NCBI GenBank assembly: GCA_038087875.1 | Contig: JAXLNO010000442.1 | Span: 1-54,850, forward strand | Origin: Malacoraja senta | Lineage: Eukaryota | Reading direction: 5' to 3' | DNA length: 54,850 bases | Shown: positions 48,118 through 54,850 of the stretch, piece after piece | How positions within the stretch are numbered: the first letter of the stretch is position 1 | How the letters are laid out: each line of letters begins with the position of its first letter | The notes under the pieces: generated by a model | What the model was told of the DNA's origin: nothing | What the model saw: the letters and a program-made list of their open reading frames with translations, nothing else | Databases searched by the model: none | Translations under genes and position numbers: made by a program

Positions 48118-48830
48118 GTGAGTGTTTTCATGTTTGTTTTCTACTCCCCATCTCTCTAGTTGCTGAGATTTGGGTTCGACGGTTACCACATCTGTCATTT
48201 GAGGTTATACTGAAGTGCGCATGCCTTGATCGACACTTTTGGCAATGGGTTACAGAGAGCACCGTTGCAAATCCAATTGCACAATGGTGGGCGAGGAGAG
48301 GAGAGGAGAGGAGAGGGCCATCAGTTTACAGGTCGTCCCGCACGTCCAAGGGAAGGTGACGGCTGGAGACCCTGCAGCAGTCTGGGGCTCGCCTGGAATG
48401 GACACCGCTCATAATACCCGATGCACGCACTGGATGCTTAAACATGGCACCTCTTGCACGCGGGATCAGTAGACTACCAGCCAGACACAAAAAGCTGGCG
48501 TACCCCAGCATGATAGGAGCAGAATTAGGCCATTCAGCACATCAAGTCAACCCTGCCATTCAATCATGGCTGATCTATCTCTCCCTCTCAACCCCGTTCT
48601 CCTGCCTTCTCCCCATAACCCCTGACACCCGGACTAATCAAGAAACTGTCTATCTCTGCTTTAAAAATATCCTCCTTCTGTGGCAAAGAATTCCACAGAT
48701 TCACCACCCTCTGACTGAAGACTAATAAGTGTTGCAGCACTGATTGGCATGAGTGACCCTCGGGAAAGGTGCTTTGGGATCTCGCGGGTGTTTGTTGGCG
48801 TTGACCTTGTGCTGGTGTCTCCCGTTGCAG

Positions 48831-48957
48831 CCTCCAGCTCTGATTGATCAGCTGGGATCATATAAACAAGCTGAGGACGAGCGCGAGTTCAAAGAGAAGC
48901 AGCTTGGGGCCCTCCGCGTGGATGTCTGCAGCACAGAGACCTTGAAACGACTAAAAG
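48831..48957 (+). CDS. RPRD2: RPRD2 coding exon (CREPT-type coiled coil)
   Basis: Acceptor ctcccgttgcag; PPALIDQLGSYKQAEDEREFKEKQLGALRVDVCSTETLKRLK; donor AAG|GTACAG; 127 nt. Confidence 0.95.
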
Positions 48958-49040
48958 GTACAGCTCTGAACAGTAGGTATTATTCAATACCTGCAGAATA
49001 TTGGCTGTGTGGAGAGGGACGTGAAACGCTGCCTTTTCTT

Positions 49041-49491
49041 TTTCTTTTTCCTTTTTTCTTTCTTTTTTTTTAATGTTTCTTTTATTAGAAGTTAATACAA
49101 TACAAAACAATACGGTGGTACCTAATTTTAGGTGCCAACTATGTCATAACGTAATGCATTCTATGTACAAACTCTAGTTTTATGCTTTTGAAAAGGAAGT
49201 AAAAAAAAGGGGAAAAAAGAGAGAGAAGAAAAAGAGGAAAAATAGATAGCAGAAAACAGAAAAACGTTAAGTGTGTGTATAAGAAAAGGAAAAGTAGAAA
49301 GTAGAGATAGTAGAAAAGGGGCCTTTAAAAAAGAAATTTTCAAATCTTTGTTCGGAGATTTAAATCTATCCACGACCTGACCTGAAATCAGTAATCTTTA
49401 CGGTACTGCTGCATCACATGACTCCAAAAAGTCGATGAAAGGGGACCAACTCCTTAAGAATTGGTCATATTTATCTATTAGGCGGAGTCTC
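49041..49491 (-). mobile_element. L1-like LINE 3' end with 19-bp TSD
   Basis: TGAAACGCTGCCTTTTCTT at 49022-49040 and 49492-49510; AATAAA and A-rich tail; ...DQFLRSWSPFIDFLES stop. Confidence 0.8.
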
Positions 49492-49874
49492 TGAAACGCT
49501 GCCTTTTCTTGCATGTACATTTTGTTTTACGTGACCCTGATGTTTGCACTGGTTTTGTACACTGTTGGACCACGTCACAGTGGAAATCTCGAGCTCTCTG
49601 TCCCGACTCTGCTCGCCTGCTGCAATCTCTCTGCAGGAATCCAGCAGTGGGGCTAAAAACCTTCCGAGATTTGCCAGTATTATTCTGGTAGATTTGTTCT
49701 CGCGTCCTGTGGTGGGTTAAACTTGCCTCAGAACCCCTAGCGTGAGTGTCCTTGTATGGAGACAGACACAAAATGCTGGAGTAACTCAGCTGGACAGGCA
49801 GCATGTCTGGAGAGAAGGAATGGGTGACGTTTCGGGTTGAGACCCTTCTTCAGACTATGCGTGTATAGTCTGCA

Positions 49875-50006
49875 TGCACACACACACACAGACACTCCCT
49901 CACACACAAGCACACGCACGCACTCTCACACACACACACACACATACTCACACACACACGCACAGTCTGAAGAACGGTCTCGACCCTAAAATGTCACCCA
50001 TTCCTA

Positions 50007-50094
<88 letters not shown>

Positions 50095-50210
50095 AGTGTA
50101 TATAAATACGTATGTATATATATATATATTATATGTGTGTGAGTGCCCGCGTGTGTGTGTGTGCACGTGCATATATGTGTGTGTGTGTGTATACAGTATG
50201 TGTGGTGTGT
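49875..50210. repeat. Compound (CA)/(TG)/(TA) microsatellite
   Basis: Directly visible. Confidence 0.95.
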
Positions 50211-50274
50211 AGGTACACAAACATGCTGGAGAAACTCAGCGGGTGCAGCAGCATCTATGGAGCGAAGGAAATAG

Positions 50275-50306
50275 GCAACGTTTCGGGCCGAAACCCTTCT
50301 TCAGAC
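50275..50306 (-). ncRNA. Minimal hammerhead ribozyme motif, UUCG-loop variant
   Basis: GU CUGAAGA A GGGU-UUCG-GCCC GAAA C GUU GC. Confidence 0.68.
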
Positions 50307-51044
50307 TGATAGGGGGTGGGGAGAAGAAAGGGAAAAAGGTGGAGGAGAGCCCGAGGGCTGGGGGAGGGGAGGAGACAACCAGAGGGCTGATGAAGGGGAG
50401 GGGACAGCAAGGTGTGTTGTGTATATGTGTGCGTGTGTATATGTGCGCGAGTATGTATATCTGCGTGTGTATATCTGTGTATGTGAGCATGTGTATATAC
50501 GTGTGCGTGTGTGTGTATATAGACATAAGCACATGTGCATACTTATTTATTTATTTGTTTTTTGTTGTTACATGCTTCTGAAAGTCAGGGATATCAGATG
50601 CATTGACAAAATCTTAGCGTAGGGTGAAGCTAAGTCAGTTTAGTTTAGGTATTATCACATATACCGAGGTACAGTGAAAAGCTTTTGTTGCCTGCTACCC
50701 AGTCAGTGGAAAGACCGCACCGAGCCATGCACCGTGTACAGATACAGGATAAAGGGAATAACGTTTAGTGCAAGGTAAAGCCCGATTAAAGCTGGGAAAG
50801 GGGCTTTGCTCCCTGCCAGAAGTTTACAGAGGAGTTTTGTGGTGGCGTTATCATGTATTTGCATGTAATTTACATAGTTATACAGTGTTGCATGATGGAT
50901 AGAAGATTTGACGTTCAATTTTTTTTAAACACTGAATGGTATTTGTTTTGCATTGTTCGGCAAAAGTCGTCTGTCCTATTGATCTATAAACACTCAACTT
51001 TCTTTCCACATTGATTTCAGAATGAATATATCATTTCATCTTCA

Positions 51045-51470
51045 TGTTCATAAGTGATAGTAGAATTAGGCCATTCGGCCGATCAGGTTTACGCCGCCAT
51101 TCGATCATGGCTGTTCTATCTTTCCCTCCAAACACCATTCTCCTCCCCATAACCTCTGACACCCGTTCTAATCAAGAATCTATCCATCTCTGCCTTCAAA
51201 ATATCCACTGACTTGGCCGCCACAGCCTTCTGTGACAATGAATTCCACAGATTGACCACCCTCTGACTAAAGAAATCCCTCCTCATCTCCTTCCTAAAGG
51301 AACGTCATTTAATTCTGAGGCTATGACCTCAAGTCCGAGACTCTCCCACTAGTGGAAACATCCTCTCCACATCCACTCTATCCAGGCCTTTCACTATTCG
51401 GTAAGTTTCAATGAGATTCCCCTTCATCCTTCTAAACTCCAGCGATTACAGGCCCAGTGCCGACAACCGC
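51045..51470 (-). mobile_element. CR1-like LINE 3' fragment
   Basis: Similarity to other CR1 3' ends in the window. Confidence 0.8.
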
Positions 51471-51588
51471 TTCTTGGCTCATTCATCCCGTCCTTCGTAA
51501 AGCCGGCCATCTTGTGATGTTAAGCAACTAAGTCATTTGTACGGGCGAGAAAGCTTGCTCAATGGGGCGCTTTATTTTTGTCTTGCAG

Positions 51589-51764
51589 ATCGAGCTGGGG
51601 GGAAACGATTTTCCAAAGACTTTGAGGAATCCAGTTCCAAATTGGAAGATTTCTGCGCCGAGCTGGAGAGGGAAGTGAAGAAGACCCCACCATTAATCGA
51701 AGCTCTGGAAAATGCAGAAATCTTCTACGAGGCTCAGTACAAGGAGGTGAAGATTGTAGCAAAT
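51589..51764 (+). CDS. RPRD2: RPRD2 coding exon (coiled coil)
   Basis: Acceptor tttgtcttgcag; (D)RAGGKRFSKDFEESSSKLEDFCAELEREVKKTPPLIEALENAEIFYEAQYKEVKIVAN; donor GTAAGC; 176 nt. Confidence 0.96.
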
Positions 51765-52212
51765 GTAAGCATGGTGTCAGATTACGGCTGAGATCTCAGC
51801 CATATTTTATAGGATTTCCAACACGTGTATCTTGAAGCAAAGTTATTTACTGTTGGTTGGCTTGTCATCATGCCAACTTGATTTATATCTGTCATCCTTT
51901 TTGCAAAACTTGGCTCGCCCTTATTCTAAAGTTTATTAACCTTGTATCATTGTGGACAAAAATGCGTATGAACGTCATACTGGGCGGCAGCGGTCGTGTT
52001 GCTGACTCGCAGCGCCAGAGCCCCAGGCGCTGTCTGTACGGAGTCTGCACGTTCTCCCCGTGACCGCGTGGGTTTTCTCCGAGATCTTCGGTTTCTTCCA
52101 CACTCCAAAGACGTACAGATTTGTCGGCTAATCGTAGACCACCTTCAGATTAACCTTAATCTTTTACTTCTCGCCCTGCCCCCCCCCCCCCCCCCCACAT
52201 TAGTTTCCTTTT

Positions 52213-52475
52213 AACATAGAAACATAGAAAATAGGTGCAGGAGTAGGCCATTCGGCCCTTCGAGCCTGCACCGCCATTCAATATGATCATGGCTGATCAT
52301 CCAACTCAGTATCCTGTACCTACCTTCTCTCCATACCCCCTGATCCCTTTAGCCACAAGGGCCACATCTAACTCCCTCTTAAATATAGCCAATGAACTGG
52401 CCTCAACTACCTTCTGTGGCAGAGAGTTCCAGAGATTCACCACTCTCTGTGTGAAAAAAGGTTTTTCTCATCTCA
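52213..52475 (-). mobile_element. CR1-like LINE 3' end
   Basis: Near-identical to 47324-47580. Confidence 0.88.
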
Positions 52476-52574
52476 CCCTTAACGGGGTGGACGATTCAGT
52501 TTAGTTATAGTTCAGAGGTACAGTGCAGAAACAGGCCCACCCAGCCCGCACTGACCAGCAATCCCTGCACATTT

Positions 52575-53581
52575 AGCGCAGTCGCTGCCTCAAAAAGGCT
52601 GGCAGCATCATCAAGGACCCACACACCATCCTGGCCGCACACTCATCTCCCCGCTACCTTCAGGTAGAAGGTACAGGAGCCTGAAATCTGCAACATCCAG
52701 GTTCAGGAACAGCTGCTTCCCCACAGCCATCAGGCTATTAAACTCAAATCTGAACTTTAATAACATATTGCACTTTATCTGCTTATTTATGTGTGTGTAT
52801 ATATATATATTCACTGGTATATGGACCCACTGATCTGTTCTCTATTTTTTTTTTTTTTTTTTTTTTTAATTTTTATTTATTAGAAGTACATTACATTACA
52901 ACCACATACATTAGTACTCGTCATTTATATCTTCTTACAATTAATGTACTCCATTTATTTTTTACACTAGAAAAGGAAAAGATTGAAAGAAAGAAGAAAG
53001 TGAAGGAAAAAGTGAAAGTGTAGGAAATGTGACAACAAAAAAGGACGAAGACCCTATAAGAGCAAAATTAAAAACAAAAGAAAAAGAGTTAAGAAATAGA
53101 CCCTAGGAAAGAAAGAGAGAGAGAAAGAGGAAAAAGAGAGAAACAAATATTTTTATGAGCATTACGTAAATGGGACATACCAACTCTTCAACTATCATCC
53201 CCCCTTACCTGACCTCAATTTTTTTTTAAAGTACTTTTGCACCCTATGTTTGTAATAATTCTATAAATGCAGACCACGTCAGGTGGAAGTGATCTGGTTT
53301 ACCTGCTAGGAGGAGTCTTATCTCTTCTAGGTGTAATGTTTCAAACATATTTGAAATCCACATATTTATAGTTGGTATTGGAGCCTTCTTCCAAAATTTT
53401 AGAATTAGCTTTTTTCCAGTTATTAACCCATAGTCCATTAGTTTCTTTTGAAACACATTTAGTTCTGGACCATCTTCCGTTTATTTATTTATGCCGACAA
53501 TGTTCTGTTGTGCTGAAGCAAAGCAAGAATTTCATTGTCCTATCTGGGACACATGACAATAAACTCACTTGAATCTTGAAT
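52575..53581 (+). mobile_element. Rex1/Babar-like 3' fragment, split by an L1-like insertion
   Basis: Matches the 14510-15110 family on both sides of 52844-53480. Confidence 0.8.
52844..53480 (-). mobile_element. L1-like LINE 3' end
   Basis: GLITGKKLILKFWKKAPIPTINMWISNMFETLHLEEIR...TWSAFIELL, T-rich 3' UTR, poly(A) tail (poly-T on +). Confidence 0.8.
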
Positions 53582-54073
53582 TAACACTATTCTTCACACA
53601 CTAGGGATAATTTACACTTACGCCAAACCAATTAACCTGCAAACCTGCAGGTAGACAAAAATGCTGGAGAAAGTCAGCGGGTGAGGCAGCATCTATGGAG
53701 CGAAGGAATCTACCTACAAACCTGTATGTCTTTGGAGTGTGGGAGGAAACCCACGCAGGTCATGGGGTGAACGTACAAACTCCGTACAGACAGTACCCGT
53801 AGTCGGGATGGAACTCGGGTCTCCAGCGCTGTGAGGCAGGAACTCTACCATGCCGCCCTTAGGCAGGGGTATTTCCCCACTAACACCATTAACCTCTCTT
53901 CTTTATTTCTTTCTATGCTGCTGCAAACCTACAAACTTCCTTCTGGCGTCTAATCTAATTTTCGTAGTTGCTTCTGAGGAAATCTGGGCCAATGTGGGGG
54001 GGGGGGGTGTGAGCGTTGACACCCACTTTGTTTCACTGTTTGCCTCTTGTTGCTATCGATTCTTCTCTTGCAG

Positions 54074-54368
54074 GCGTACAAGACGTTTGCCAACAGAGTC
54101 AACAACTTGAAGAAGAAGCTCGACCAGCTGAAAACCACCCTGCCAGATCCGGATGAGTCGCCCATCCCCTCCCCGTGCATGGACGCTCCGTCGCCCACGG
54201 GCTCCGAGTCTCCCGTTCGGCCCGCGGAGGAGGTTGCCCCAGAGCCGGCGAAGCAGGCGGAGGAGAGCCCTGTGCCGCCAACTGTGCCGGAAGCTTCAGG
54301 TGATAACTGTGACGTCGAGGACATGGAGCTTTCGGACGACGAAGCTGCTGGAGCAACGAGCATAATAG
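54074..54368 (+). CDS. RPRD2: RPRD2 coding exon (end of coiled coil, Ser/Pro-rich region); gene continues past the window
   Basis: Acceptor cttctcttgcag; AYKTFANRVNNLKKKLDQLKTTLPDPDESPIPSPCMDAPSPTGSESP...DVEDMELSDDE; donor AG|GTACCA; 295 nt. Confidence 0.95.
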
Positions 54369-54669
54369 GTACCAGACTTTGCAATCATGTTTAGTTTAGA
54401 GATACAGCGTGGGAAACGGGCCCTTCGGCCCACCATGTCGCCGCCGACCATCGATAACCCCATCACTAGTCTGATGCTACGCACTAGGGACAATTTGCAG
54501 AGGGACGATTAACCTACAAACCTGAATGTGGGAAGAAAGATTCAAGATTCAAGAGAGTTTATTGTCATGTGTCCCAGATAGAACAATGAAATTCTTGCTT
54601 TGCTTCAGCACAACAGAATATAGTAGACATAAATAAATACAGAACTGATCAGTGTGTCTATATACCAGT

Positions 54670-54671
54670 GA

Positions 54672-54720
<49 letters not shown>

Positions 54721-54726
54721 TAACAC

Positions 54727-54773
<47 letters not shown>

Positions 54774-54850
54774 CACACACACACACATATATATATACAC
54801 ACACACACACATATATACACACACATATATATATATATACACACACACAT
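54670..54850. repeat. Compound (TA)/(CA) microsatellite inside a Rex1/Babar-like 3' UTR
   Basis: Directly visible; preceded by the family tail at 54535-54669. Confidence 0.92.

Overview
Vertebrate genomic DNA, most likely from a cartilaginous fish (skate/ray-type repeats: HE1-like SINEs, CR1/HER1-like LINEs, Rex1/Babar, Penelope-like elements). The window holds the CpG-rich promoter and 5' part of RPRD2 on the + strand: seven well-supported coding exons from ATG 6190 to 54368, continuing beyond the window, with a ~30.4 kb first intron and a candidate 39-nt cassette exon at 45368-45406. Most other sequence is intronic transposable-element debris. The main points of interest are: (1) a very abundant short Penelope-derived element carrying a minimal hammerhead ribozyme motif (CUGAAGA-stem II-GAAACGUH), found as monomers, inverted dimers and tandem arrays with 14-17 bp target-site duplications (TSDs); (2) a promoter minisatellite with ~16 NRF1-like sites; (3) several non-autonomous DNA elements with informative ends (7-bp, 9-bp and 6-bp TSDs, and TTA/TAA flanks); (4) an internally deleted HERO-like LINE. 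Family names come from recalled sequence similarity, not database searches.
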